64,000 nt of DNA from Dehalococcoidia bacterium (GTDB lineage Bacteria; Chloroflexota; Dehalococcoidia; Lucifugimonadales; G963668185). Position 1 is the stretch's first letter. Each line of letters starts with the position of its first letter. The translations under genes and the position numbers were made by a program. Of the stretch, positions 1 through 9,617 are shown piece by piece. The notes under the pieces were generated by a model, which saw only the letters and a program-made list of their open reading frames with translations, was not told where the DNA came from and made no database searches. Location: assembly GCA_963668185.1 (NCBI GenBank), contig OY764162.1:530800-594799 (forward strand), given 5' to 3'.

Positions 1-1
1 C

Positions 2-856
2 GGCCGCCTCACCGAAAACCGGTACCTCATGCACACGACCACGAGCGGCGCCGCAGCCGTCTTCGCCCACCTGGAGCGTTGGCTCCAGACCGAATGGCCC
101 GAACTCAAAGTGTATCTGACCTCTTCCACCGATCACTGGGCCACCATCTCGCTGAACGGTCCCAGGAGCCGCGATGTCGCCGCCGCGACCTGCACCGGCA
201 TCGACTTCTCCAACGATGCCTTCCCGTTCATGTCGGTTCGTGAGGGCGCATGCCTCGGCGTGCCCGCGCGCGTGTTCCGCATCGCGTTCGCCGGCGAACT
301 CTCGTACGAAATCAACGTCAACGCCAACTACGCCAGGGCGGTGTGGGAAGCCGCCGTGGAGGCCGGAGAGCAGTTCGGCATCACCCCGTACGGTACGGAG
401 GCCATGCACGTGCTCAGGGCCGAGAAGGGATTCATTATCGTCGGGCAGGACACGGACGGCTCCATGACTCCGCAGGACATGGGCCTGGACAGGCTCGTGT
501 CCAAGCGCAAGGACTTCATAGGCCGCCGGTCGCTCTCCCGCTCAGAGATGGTGCGGACGGACCGCAAGCAGTTCGTCGGCCTCTTGACGGAAGACCCGGC
601 CCATGTGCTGCCGGAAGGCGGGCAGGTCATTGAAGACGCCGACACGTCCAGCCTCCCCGTGCCGATGATAGGTCACGTAACGTCCAGCTACTGGAGCGCG
701 GTGCTTGGACGTTCGATCGCGCTCGGCGTCGTAAGGGGAGGACACCAACGGGAAGGGGAGACCGTGTACGTATCGACAGGGCCGGGAGACGCAGTGCCGG
801 CGAAGATATCCAGTCCAGTCTTCTACGACCCTAACGCGGAGCGCCAGAATGCTTAG
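2..856 (+). CDS. soxA: Sarcosine oxidase alpha subunit, C-terminal part (5' end off-window)
   Basis: The frame is open from the window edge. The translation (FRIAFAGELSYEINV, GITPYGTEAMHVLRAEKGFIIVGQDTDG, KDFIGRRSL) matches the GcvT-like folate-binding C-terminal domain of heterotetrameric SoxA. It overlaps the next gene by 8 nt, as in soxA-soxG operons. Confidence 0.85.
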   Translation, partial: GRLTENRYLMHTTTSGAAAVFAHLERWLQTEWPELKVYLTSSTDHWATISLNGPRSRDVAAATCTGIDFSNDAFPFMSVREGACLGVPARVFRIAFAGELSYEINVNANYARAVWEAAVEAGEQFGITPYGTEAMHVLRAEKGFIIVGQDTDGSMTPQDMGLDRLVSKRKDFIGRRSLSRSEMVRTDRKQFVGLLTEDPAHVLPEGGQVIEDADTSSLPVPMIGHVTSSYWSAVLGRSIALGVVRGGHQREGETVYVSTGPGDAVPAKISSPVFYDPNAERQNA

Positions 857-1451
857 TGACAGTCCACGGTTGGAGTCTCCGCTCACAGGCTACCGCTTCG
901 GCGAGACTGTCGATCAGGCTGAAGCGGGTCTTCGGCTCGACGAACGCCCGTATCTGGGGCACGTCAACTTGCGTGGGAACAACAGCGACGCCCTGTTCGC
1001 CGCGAGCATCCGCTCGGCGCTTGGCTTCGACGTGCCGGCTACGGCCAACACATTCGTCTCTCAGGATGGCAGGACTGCGGTCTGGCTGGGGCCCGACGAG
1101 TGGCTGATACTCACTGAGCCTGGCGACGAGGCCGCGCTGATCGAAAGGCTTCGCCGGGCGCTGACTGGCATTCACTCCTCGGTGACCGACGTCACGGGCG
1201 GCCAGACGGTACTCAGACTGTCCGGCCCGCACGTCCGCGACGTTCTGGCCAGCGGATGCACGCTGGACCTGCATCCACGCTCATTCGGCCCGGCCCAATG
1301 CGCGCAGACCAACATCGCGCACGCCGCGGCGACGCTGCTCCAGATCGATGATTCACCGACGTACGACGTAATAGTTCGCAGAAGCTTCGCAGGCTATCTG
1401 GCGCTCTGGATCGAGGACGCGGCGTCGGAGTACGGCCTTTCCGTCGCCTAG
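849..1451 (+). CDS. soxG: Sarcosine oxidase gamma subunit
   Basis: A 200-aa ORF lies directly after and overlaps soxA. Its size, position and sequence (LRLDERPYLGHVNLRG...VWLGPDEWLIL...TDVTGGQTVLRLSGP) fit the SoxG family. Confidence 0.8.
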   Translation: MLSDSPRLESPLTGYRFGETVDQAEAGLRLDERPYLGHVNLRGNNSDALFAASIRSALGFDVPATANTFVSQDGRTAVWLGPDEWLILTEPGDEAALIERLRRALTGIHSSVTDVTGGQTVLRLSGPHVRDVLASGCTLDLHPRSFGPAQCAQTNIAHAAATLLQIDDSPTYDVIVRRSFAGYLALWIEDAASEYGLSVA

Positions 1452-1500
1452 GAGCCGGGAAGAACGCATTGCTTACTCCGGCTGAAGACGCCAACGCGGC

Positions 1501-2421
1501 ATGAGCATGGTCGAGCATCCTGCGGGCCGCAATCTAACCGGCTACGGCAGAGACTACCCGAGGATCGAGTGGCCGGACGGCGCTCGCATCGCCGTGTCTG
1601 TCACCGTCCAGTTCCAGGAAGGCGCGGAGAGAACGCCGCTTGAGGGCGACCCCGACCCGGAGCCGGCGACCGAGGGCATATTCGGGGAGCCAGGCCGGAG
1701 AGACTACTTCGTAGAGTCGTTCTGGGAGTACGGGTCGAGGAGGGGGATCTGGCGCATTCTGGATACCCTGGACAGGTACGGGGTGAAGGCGACGTTCTTC
1801 TGTTGCGGCATGGCGCTGGAACGCAACCCCCAAGCGGCCGCCGAGATAGCGGCGCGGGGCCATGAGGCCGCGGGCCACGGCCACAGGTACATCGAGCTTC
1901 ACGATCTAACGGAACAGGAAGAGGCCGAGCAGATCCGCCAATGTGTCGAAGCCGTTCAGGCGGCGGCAGGTGAGCGTCCGGTAGGGTGGCTCTCCCGCGC
2001 TCCGAGCGAGCAAACGCTGCGTCTCCTGCTGGACGAGGGCGGCTTCATCTACCACTCAGACGCCTATGGCGATGACATCCCTTACTTCGACCTTGCCGCC
2101 GGCCGGAAGCTGCTGGCGGTGCCGTACACGCTTGAGGTGACCGACGCCAAGTTCTGGACGCTGCCCACCTTCGCGGGATTCACCCAGCCGGACCACTTCT
2201 TCAACGTCATGAAAGGGACGTTCGACCGCCTGTACGCCGAGGGCGCGGAGCATCCGCAGATGATGTCGGTGGGTCTGCATCCGCGCATCAGTGGAAGACC
2301 GTCGCGCGCCCGCCAACTCGGCAAGTTCTTGGAGTATGCGCGCGGTTTCGAGGGCGTGTGGTTCGCGCGGCGCGCGGACATCGCTCGTTGGTGGCTCCGG
2401 CGCTACCCGGAGCTTGGGTAG
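1501..2421 (+). CDS. PuuE-type allantoinase-like polysaccharide deacetylase family protein
   Basis: The translation carries YGRDYPRIEWPDGARIAVSV, EYGSRRGIWRILD, TFFCCGMALERNP and GHEAAGHGHRY. This is the typical PuuE / polysaccharide deacetylase signature. Confidence 0.75.
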   Translation: MSMVEHPAGRNLTGYGRDYPRIEWPDGARIAVSVTVQFQEGAERTPLEGDPDPEPATEGIFGEPGRRDYFVESFWEYGSRRGIWRILDTLDRYGVKATFFCCGMALERNPQAAAEIAARGHEAAGHGHRYIELHDLTEQEEAEQIRQCVEAVQAAAGERPVGWLSRAPSEQTLRLLLDEGGFIYHSDAYGDDIPYFDLAAGRKLLAVPYTLEVTDAKFWTLPTFAGFTQPDHFFNVMKGTFDRLYAEGAEHPQMMSVGLHPRISGRPSRARQLGKFLEYARGFEGVWFARRADIARWWLRRYPELG

Positions 2422-2435
2422 GGGAGGATGCCTGC

Positions 2436-3347
2436 ATGTACGTCGTAAAGAGAGACTTCGTCGGGTACGGTCAGGACTATCCGAAAATCGAGTGGCCCAA
2501 TGGCGCACGCATCGCGGTGTCGCTCGTGGTCAACTTCGAGGAAGGCTCCGAAAAGACCCCGCTGAACGGAGACGAGTACCCTGAGGCATCGGGCGACGGC
2601 TTCACGGTAAGGGGCAGACGCAGGGACGTCCGCAATGAGTCCGCGTTCGACTACGGCACGAGGCGCGGCTTCTGGCGGCTGATGGGCATCTTCGACAAGC
2701 AGGAAGTCAAGATCACGGTGTTCGGCTGCGCCATGGCGCTGGAGATGAACCGCGACGCCGCGCAGACCATCGTCGATGCGGGCCACGAGATCATCAGCCA
2801 CGGCTACCGCTGGATACCGCACTACGAGCTATCCCGCGAGGAGGAGCGGGAGCACATCCGTCGCGCGGCGGACGTGATCGAGGACATCACAGGATCGACA
2901 TGTCTGGGCTGGTTCTCCAGAAACCCCAGCGACTCGACGCGTGAACTGCTGGTAGAGCACGGTGGCTTCCTGTACGAGTGCGACTCGATGGCGGACGACC
3001 TGCCATACTTCATAGACGTGCTCGGCAAGCGGGTGCTCGTGATTCCGTACAGCCTGGAACTGAACGATGGCCGCTTTGGCCGCGCCCCCGGCTACTCGGA
3101 GCCGCGCGACTTCTTCCTGCGCCTCAAGGAAGCCTTCGACTGTCTGTACGAGGAAGGGGAGACCCACCCGAAGATGATGTCCGTCGGCCTGCACCTTCGC
3201 ACCGTCGGCCGTCCGGCACGCGCCACGCCCGTCGAGGAGTTCATCGAGTACGCGAAGAGCCATCCCGACGTCTGGTTCGCGCGCCGCATCGACATCTCCC
3301 GCTGGTGGCTCGACAATTACTCGCACCTGCCAACACAGCCGGGCTGA
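2436..3347 (+). CDS. PuuE-type allantoinase-like polysaccharide deacetylase family protein (tandem paralog)
   Basis: The ORF track starts at 2358. I chose ATG 2436 because GGGGAGGA lies 8 nt upstream and the N-terminus then aligns with the upstream paralog (YGQDYPKIEWPNGARIAVSL, DYGTRRGFWRLM, GHEIISHGYRW). Confidence 0.75.
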   Translation: MYVVKRDFVGYGQDYPKIEWPNGARIAVSLVVNFEEGSEKTPLNGDEYPEASGDGFTVRGRRRDVRNESAFDYGTRRGFWRLMGIFDKQEVKITVFGCAMALEMNRDAAQTIVDAGHEIISHGYRWIPHYELSREEEREHIRRAADVIEDITGSTCLGWFSRNPSDSTRELLVEHGGFLYECDSMADDLPYFIDVLGKRVLVIPYSLELNDGRFGRAPGYSEPRDFFLRLKEAFDCLYEEGETHPKMMSVGLHLRTVGRPARATPVEEFIEYAKSHPDVWFARRIDISRWWLDNYSHLPTQPG

Positions 3348-3353
3348 CGGCGA

Positions 3354-4301
3354 TCAGCCGACCTCGCGCTCATCTAGCAGTTGCTTTAGCTGGCGGATGT
3401 GTTCGCGGCCGATGCCGCAGCATCCGCCGACGATCTGGGCACCTTGCCCCAGCCATTCGTCGGTGGCGTCGACGAACTCCTCCGGGGAGATGCGGTTCTC
3501 GAACTGCCACTCCGGCATCTTGAAGTCGCCCCTGTGCGGGTACACGCCCACGGGCCCTTCCCAGGCATCGCGCAGGATGTCCAGCGCCGCGCCCGTATGA
3601 TCGACTTCCGAATGGAACACTAATGCTGCTCCACATCCGAGCGATTTCACGTCTTCGATGGAGTCTGCAAACGTTGGGTCGTCCGCGGGATCGCTTTCGC
3701 CGCGCCGCGGATCCGTGGCGTGCAGCGGATGGCCGAGCAGGACGCGGCCGTCTTCGACGATTCGCGTGCTGAAGGCGACCCACGTCGGCAGGCCGGTGGC
3801 AAGCGCCTCCTCGCAGGCGATCACCCGGGGCTCTCTACGGTTGCCGATCATTTCCACGAGCAGCATGTCCACGCCGCCCTCGGCAAGGTACCCGGACTGG
3901 GCTTTGAAGCTCTCCCTGACTTGGTCAGGATCTCCCTGCGAGTTGGGGCCGAGAGCGCCGGCTATGACCACCGGACGGTCCGCCGATGCCTCGTCACGGG
4001 CCTCCACGGCCAGCCGTGCCGCAGTCAGGTTCCATTCACGAGCCTTTTCGCCCAGCCCCTCGTTCCAGATCTTGAGCGGCACGGTGTCGAACGTGTTGGT
4101 GGTTATGACGTCCGCGCCTATGTCTATGTAGTCCTTGTGGAGTTGGCGAATCACGTCCGGGCTGTTCTCGACGGTGCGGCCACACCAGAAGCCGCCGCCC
4201 ATCGGCGCGCCCATCTCCTGTAGTTCCGAGCCGATCGCGCCGTCGAGCAGTACGGTCCCGCCCTTATTGAGCCGGTCTTCGATCTCCGAATAGACGTTCA
4301 T
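3354..4301 (-). CDS. Homocysteine S-methyltransferase family protein (paralog A)
   Basis: Motifs present: LLDGAIGSEL near the N-terminus, ITTNTF, and GGCCGIG near the C-terminus (the Zn-binding CC pair of the Pfam S-methyl_trans fold). Confidence 0.8.
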   Translation of the reverse strand: MNVYSEIEDRLNKGGTVLLDGAIGSELQEMGAPMGGGFWCGRTVENSPDVIRQLHKDYIDIGADVITTNTFDTVPLKIWNEGLGEKAREWNLTAARLAVEARDEASADRPVVIAGALGPNSQGDPDQVRESFKAQSGYLAEGGVDMLLVEMIGNRREPRVIACEEALATGLPTWVAFSTRIVEDGRVLLGHPLHATDPRRGESDPADDPTFADSIEDVKSLGCGAALVFHSEVDHTGAALDILRDAWEGPVGVYPHRGDFKMPEWQFENRISPEEFVDATDEWLGQGAQIVGGCCGIGREHIRQLKQLLDEREVG

Positions 4302-4332
4302 TGTTGCCTCCGTTTCCCTGTCTGTAGCCGGG

Positions 4333-5277
4333 CTATGCCACGCGGGCGGGCAACCCCTCGCGGATGGCTCGAACGTGGTCCGGCCCGATGCCGCAGCAGC
4401 CGCCGACGATCTGGGCTCCCGATGCTACCCACTTGCTTGCTTCGGCGAGGTACGTTTCAGGAGTGACCTGGTCCACGAAGACCCAGTGAGGCGGCTCCCA
4501 GCGTCCCGCGTTGGCGTAGGCTCCCACCGGGCCGTTGTGCGCCTCTCGCATTGCCGTAACTCCAGGGCCAATCGCTCCCAGGGCGGAGTGCATGATCAGC
4601 AGGGCGGAGAGGCCGGCGTCCTGCAGTTTGGAGACTGCTTCGGCCAACGGCTCATGTAGCGTGGCGCGCGGACTGTGCTGCTGGCTCTCCTCAATGCCGT
4701 GCATTACGTCGCCGCTGTTGCGGTCGAGGGCGCAGCTCAGCGAGAACCAGACTGGCAGACCATGCTCCGAGGCAGCCTCGATGGCCATCAGCGCCTGGTC
4801 CACGGTCGCGCTGGGCATCTCCACGATGATGAAGTCCACGCCGTTCTCGGCCAGCACGCCTGAGACCTCGACGAAGTTGGCTCTCAACAACTCCCGGTCG
4901 GCCTCTCCCCAGTTGCCGAAGTTGGAGATCGAGCCCGCCACATAGACCGGACGATCGGTTGCCCGGTTGTCGCGCGCCTGGACCGCGACCCGGGCCGCCG
5001 CCGCGTTCCAGTCTCGCACGTGGTCGCCGTGGCCGGCCTTCTCCAGCGCCAGACGGCCGCAAGTGAAGGAATACGTAGTGATGATGTCCGCGCCAATGTC
5101 GATGTACGTCTCGTGGGCTTTCTGGACCAGCTCGGGATGGCTTCCGAGCGCCGGAGCGCACCAGACGTGGTCGTCCACGGGCGCTCCGAGGAGCTCCAGT
5201 TCGGTGCCCATCGCGCCGTCGAGAATCAGGACATCGCCGGCTTCCAGGCGGGAGTGGAGTTCAGAGTAGGCGGTCAT
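4333..5277 (-). CDS. Homocysteine S-methyltransferase family protein (paralog B)
   Basis: Motifs present: ILDGAMGTEL, ITTYSF and GGCCGIGPDH. It has the same length and architecture as its two neighbours. Confidence 0.8.
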   Translation of the reverse strand: MTAYSELHSRLEAGDVLILDGAMGTELELLGAPVDDHVWCAPALGSHPELVQKAHETYIDIGADIITTYSFTCGRLALEKAGHGDHVRDWNAAAARVAVQARDNRATDRPVYVAGSISNFGNWGEADRELLRANFVEVSGVLAENGVDFIIVEMPSATVDQALMAIEAASEHGLPVWFSLSCALDRNSGDVMHGIEESQQHSPRATLHEPLAEAVSKLQDAGLSALLIMHSALGAIGPGVTAMREAHNGPVGAYANAGRWEPPHWVFVDQVTPETYLAEASKWVASGAQIVGGCCGIGPDHVRAIREGLPARVA

Positions 5278-5295
5278 ATCGACTCCTTGAGGGCG

Positions 5296-6243
5296 TCATG
5301 CGGCCTTTTGTTCAGGAACGCGGCCCCGCAGGGCTTCGATGTGGTCCGGGCCCAAGCCGCAGCAGCCGCCAACTATCTGCGCGCCCATGTCAACCCAACT
5401 CATCGCCTCATTAGCGAACTCGTCCGGCGAGACCTGGTCGACGAACGTCCAGTTGGGCCTCTGCCAGTAGCCGGCGTTAGGGTAGGCTCCGACCGTGCCA
5501 CTGTAGTTGTCTTTGCATGCTTGCAGTGCGGGGCCAGTCGCCTTCAGGTCCGAGTGCATGACAAGCAGCGCGGAGCCGCCGGCGGCCATGATCTTGCGAG
5601 CGGCTGCGTCCAGCGGCCCGAAGCCCATGGAGTTCTCGCTGTGCTCCTGGCTTTCCTCGATGCCCATCATGACCTCGCCGCTGTCTCGATCGACTACGGA
5701 GCTCAGGCCAACCCACACGGGCAGCCCGGAATCGGCGGTAGCCTCAACGCCAGGCAGGGCCTCATCTACCTTAGCAGCGAGCATCTCCAGAAGGATCACA
5801 TCTACTCCGTTGTCCTCAAGAATGCCTGCAAGCTCGCCGTAATTCTGTCTGAGCCGGTCTGCGCCGGGATCGCCCCAGTTGCCGAAGTTGGAGACCGCGC
5901 CCGCTACATAGACGGGTCGCGAGCCCGCGTACTTGTCGCGCGCCTCGATTGCGAGCCGCGCGGCCAGCGTGTTCCACTCATGCACCTTGTCGCCAAGCCC
6001 GGCGCGCTCCAGCGCGTGACGCGCCGATGCGTACGTGTTCGTCGTGATGATGTCTGCGCCCGCCTCAATGTAGTTGCGGTGCACCTGCCGTACGAGCTCC
6101 GGGTGGCTGCCAAGCGCCTCGGCGCACCAGATGTCGTAGTGCATCGGCGCTCCGAGGCGCTCCAACTCGCTGCCCATAGCGCCGTCCAGCACGAGCACTT
6201 CGCCGGCGTCCAAGCGGGATTGTAGTTCGGCTGACTTGGTCAC
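5296..6243 (-). CDS. Homocysteine S-methyltransferase family protein (paralog C)
   Basis: Motifs present: VLDGAMGSEL, ITTNTY and GGCCGLGPDH. It is the third tandem copy on the same strand. Confidence 0.8.
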   Translation of the reverse strand: MTKSAELQSRLDAGEVLVLDGAMGSELERLGAPMHYDIWCAEALGSHPELVRQVHRNYIEAGADIITTNTYASARHALERAGLGDKVHEWNTLAARLAIEARDKYAGSRPVYVAGAVSNFGNWGDPGADRLRQNYGELAGILEDNGVDVILLEMLAAKVDEALPGVEATADSGLPVWVGLSSVVDRDSGEVMMGIEESQEHSENSMGFGPLDAAARKIMAAGGSALLVMHSDLKATGPALQACKDNYSGTVGAYPNAGYWQRPNWTFVDQVSPDEFANEAMSWVDMGAQIVGGCCGLGPDHIEALRGRVPEQKAA

Positions 6244-6274
6244 TTGTAGCCCCTTACTTCGTTATCAACGCAAC

Positions 6275-7738
6275 CTATGTCCATGGCGAGAGGGAATCGT
6301 CGCGGTGCATGTGAGTCATTCGGTCGAACAGGATTTCGTTCACATGGCCGTCTTCGTTCTGGCGTAGCACGATCCTAGGCGGCTCTTCCTCACCCGTGTC
6401 CAGTATGAAGTACGTTGGATCGTCCTCGAAGTACTGGACCATTCTCACGCCGTTCCGCCAGGAGCCGCGACGGGAGCGCAGTTCCAGGTCGTCGCCGCGC
6501 CTCGCGATCTGAACACGGCCGACGCCGCGCGTAATCCTGAAGTTCGTCAGGTGTCCAGGCGCGGGCCCATAGACCCCGGGCGCCGCTTCCAGAATCTCTG
6601 AACTGGTCGACTTGCCGCCGAGGTCCAGCGGCCCAGCGTCCAGGACTGCGCGCAAGATCGACCCTTCGACGTTGCTGAAGCCGTCGTAGGCCATGTTGAG
6701 GTGAGTGAGGACCGCGAGGTCTTCCTCCGGGACGATCGTTAGGTGGGTATTCCAGCCACCCGCGATTCCGCCGCCGTGACCGTACGTTGACCTGCCGAAC
6801 CGAGGCTGGCGCATGAAGCACAGGCCAATGTCGGCGAGGCGCGAATCCGGACTCCACTGGGGCGCAATCATGCTCTCGAAGGTCTCCGGCTTCACTATGC
6901 CAGAGGACTTGTTGAGCAGGGCGGCGGCGTACTTGGCCATGTCGTGCACCGTGGACTGGACAGCACCGGCGGCCCAGGGGCCGACGTACAGCCACTTGCC
7001 GCGAATGTTGATGCCGTCGACCGTCTCCTCGGCCTGGACATCGTTCCCTAGGAGATCTGCCGCGTCGAGCGCGTCATGGTCGGGCGCTCGGTGGTAGCCG
7101 GTGGTGAGGTCCGGATGCTGCTGGTCCAAGCAATCGGTGTTCGTCATTCCGAGAGGCTCGAAGATGCGCCGGCGCAGCACTTCTTCGATCGGCTCTCCCT
7201 CGATGCGGGCGACTATCTCTCCCAGGAGGCCGTAGGCGTGGTTCGAGTATGCCCACTTCGTGCCCGGCTCTACCTCGACCAGGATGCCGTCCGGGTACGA
7301 ACCGGGGAACGTGAAGCCGCCCGGCGTGTCGGACCAAAGCGCGGTCGTGTAGGGGTCCTGGAAATCGGACATCGTGGGCGCCTCGCCTATGCCTCCGGTG
7401 TGGGTGAGCATGTGCCACACCGTCAGGCTTTCGCCGTGGCCGTGGAGAGGAACGTCTGGCAGGAGCGAGGCGACGCGCGCCTCCAGCGAGAGGCGGCCTT
7501 CGTCTTCCAGCGCCATGACGCAGAGAGCCGTCATCGTCTTGGAAATCGATCCGATACGCTGACGCAGGGAAGGGTCCTGTGGCTGGCTCGACTCGATGTC
7601 GGCGTATCCGAAGCCCTCGGCCCAGACGAGGTCCCGGCCGGATACCACGCCGACCGAAATGCCGGGAAGGCGGTGCTCCTCGATGGCGCGAACAACTGCG
7701 GCGCGGACGCGCTCGATGTCAGCAGCGGTGAATGTCAT
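6275..7738 (-). CDS. Serine hydrolase, class C beta-lactamase / D-aminopeptidase-like family
   Basis: An SxxK nucleophile motif (GSISKTMT) sits in the expected N-terminal context (GFGYAD...RIGSISK). The 487-aa length includes a C-terminal extension. Confidence 0.8.
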   Translation of the reverse strand: MTFTAADIERVRAAVVRAIEEHRLPGISVGVVSGRDLVWAEGFGYADIESSQPQDPSLRQRIGSISKTMTALCVMALEDEGRLSLEARVASLLPDVPLHGHGESLTVWHMLTHTGGIGEAPTMSDFQDPYTTALWSDTPGGFTFPGSYPDGILVEVEPGTKWAYSNHAYGLLGEIVARIEGEPIEEVLRRRIFEPLGMTNTDCLDQQHPDLTTGYHRAPDHDALDAADLLGNDVQAEETVDGINIRGKWLYVGPWAAGAVQSTVHDMAKYAAALLNKSSGIVKPETFESMIAPQWSPDSRLADIGLCFMRQPRFGRSTYGHGGGIAGGWNTHLTIVPEEDLAVLTHLNMAYDGFSNVEGSILRAVLDAGPLDLGGKSTSSEILEAAPGVYGPAPGHLTNFRITRGVGRVQIARRGDDLELRSRRGSWRNGVRMVQYFEDDPTYFILDTGEEEPPRIVLRQNEDGHVNEILFDRMTHMHRDDSLSPWT

Positions 7739-7891
7739 GCTCTGATGTGCTCCCTTCGGGATTGGCCTAATGTAACCGCAGACGTTCTGGCTTTCAATGC
7801 TGCGTGCAATGCGGGAATCCCTTCCGAGTATGGCTTTTCACGTTGGCAGCGCAAAGTTAGGATTGGGCTACCACCAGGAGGCGGCAAAGGC

Positions 7892-9496
7892 ATGGCGTTT
7901 GACATATTGATTCGGGGCGGTACGGTAGTGGACGGTTCCGGCGGCGACTCGCTTGCGGCGGACGTCGGTGTATCCGGCGGCAGGATCGCCGCGGTGGCGA
8001 ACTTGGAGGGGGTGGAGGCCGCGTCGGAGATCGACGCGGCGGGCCTTGTGGTGGCGCCGGGCTTCATCGACATGCACTCGCACTCCGACCTGTCGCTGCT
8101 CGACTCGCCGGGAGGGGAGAGCAAGGCTTATCAGGGCGTGACTACCGAGGTCACGGGCAATTGCAGCTTCTCGCCGTTTCCGGCTGGAGAGGGCGGGCCA
8201 AACGCGCTGCGCGACCAGTTCGGAGAGATTCTCATCTCCGAAAGGGAATGGACCTGGAGGACGCTGGACGACTGGGCGTCGGACTTGGAGTCGGACGGCG
8301 TCAGCCTGAACGTCGCGCCGCAGGTGGGACACTCCGCGCTGCGCGTCGCGGCGGGAGCTACCGCAGACGGCCTGTTGCCCGCCGACAGGATGGATGTGAT
8401 GAAGCGGCTGCTGGCCGAGTCGCTGGAGCAGGGCGCCTTCGCGATCTCTACAGGGCTGTCATTCGCGCCCTCGGCTTATGCGTCGACGGACGAACTGGTG
8501 GAGCTTTGCGGGGTGCTGCGCGGTTTCGACGGTGCCTTCTACGCGACGCACGCCCGCACGGGGGCCGGCAAGCACATCTCGATGATCGAGGAGGCGGTGG
8601 AGATCGGGGAGAGGGCGGGCGCGCCGGTGCAGTTCTCGCACATCTCGATCACAGACGGACGCTACTACGGCGAGGGGCCGAAGATGCTCCGGCTGCTCAA
8701 CGAAGCCAGGGAGCGCGGCCTAGACATCACCTACGACGTGTACCCGTACACGGCGGCGGGATCGACGCTGAACGAAATCATCCCGCTCTGGGTGCAGGAG
8801 GGCGGGCATGACGCGTACATGGCGAGGCTGCGTGACCCCGGCATGAGGGCGCGGGTGGTATCCGACCTGAAACGCGCGGCGGGCGGTCTCAGGCCGCTGT
8901 GGGATACGTGGCAGGTGGCGTACGTGGAGGGCGGCAGGAATAGGGGGCTGATCGGCCTGAACATGGAGGAGATCGCGGAAGGCTGGGGCGTGGAGCCTGA
9001 GGAGGCGGTGGTCAGGCTGAACCTGGAAGAGGAGGGCGTGGTGGCGATGGTCATCCACAACAGGGCGGAGAGTGACGTACGGTACTTCATGACGCAGCCG
9101 CTCGCGATGTTCGGATCGGACGGACGGGCGATCTCGCCGGACGGTCTGTACGCCGACGCGAAGCCGCATCCGAGGTTCTACGGCACGTATCCCAGGGTGC
9201 TGGGCCGGTACGTCCGTGAGCAGGAGGCGATGACGCTCCCGACGGCGGTGCACAAGATGACCGGCTTCCCGGCGCAGCGCCTCGGACTGCGGGACAGGGG
9301 GCTTGTCCGAGAGGGGATGGCGGCGGACCTCGTCGTGTTCGACCCGGAGACGGTGATGGACAGGGCCACGTTCGAGGAGCCGCACCAGTACCCCGTGGGA
9401 ATCCCGCACGTGCTGGTGAACGGCGTGCCGATAGTCGCGGACGGGCTGCACACCGGCGCGATGCCTGGCCGCGTGCTGCGGCGGGGCGAGTCGTAG
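7892..9496 (+). CDS. D-aminoacylase (N-acyl-D-amino-acid deacylase) family amidohydrolase
   Basis: The ORF track extends to 7076, antisense to the neighbouring gene. The real start is ATG 7892 (MAFDILIRGGTVVDGSG...GFIDMHSHSD), the canonical D-aminoacylase N-terminus and metal motif. Confidence 0.8.
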   Translation: MAFDILIRGGTVVDGSGGDSLAADVGVSGGRIAAVANLEGVEAASEIDAAGLVVAPGFIDMHSHSDLSLLDSPGGESKAYQGVTTEVTGNCSFSPFPAGEGGPNALRDQFGEILISEREWTWRTLDDWASDLESDGVSLNVAPQVGHSALRVAAGATADGLLPADRMDVMKRLLAESLEQGAFAISTGLSFAPSAYASTDELVELCGVLRGFDGAFYATHARTGAGKHISMIEEAVEIGERAGAPVQFSHISITDGRYYGEGPKMLRLLNEARERGLDITYDVYPYTAAGSTLNEIIPLWVQEGGHDAYMARLRDPGMRARVVSDLKRAAGGLRPLWDTWQVAYVEGGRNRGLIGLNMEEIAEGWGVEPEEAVVRLNLEEEGVVAMVIHNRAESDVRYFMTQPLAMFGSDGRAISPDGLYADAKPHPRFYGTYPRVLGRYVREQEAMTLPTAVHKMTGFPAQRLGLRDRGLVREGMAADLVVFDPETVMDRATFEEPHQYPVGIPHVLVNGVPIVADGLHTGAMPGRVLRRGES

Positions 9497-9617
9497 GGCG
9501 GGCGGCTTTGCGGCAAGTGTCCGCCAAGTCGGCCTATGCCGGCCACTTCTTAGCGTAATTGACACGGCGAAGCCGGCGCTTTCGCAGTCGGCGAAGGGGC
9601 GTTACGATGGTGAGGCA

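Noticed and set aside
7076-7891. An 806-aa ORF (7076..9496) implying a D-aminoacylase with a 270-aa N-terminal extension.
   Set aside because: The extension is antisense to the serine hydrolase gene and is compositionally junk. The canonical D-aminoacylase N-terminus begins at ATG 7892.
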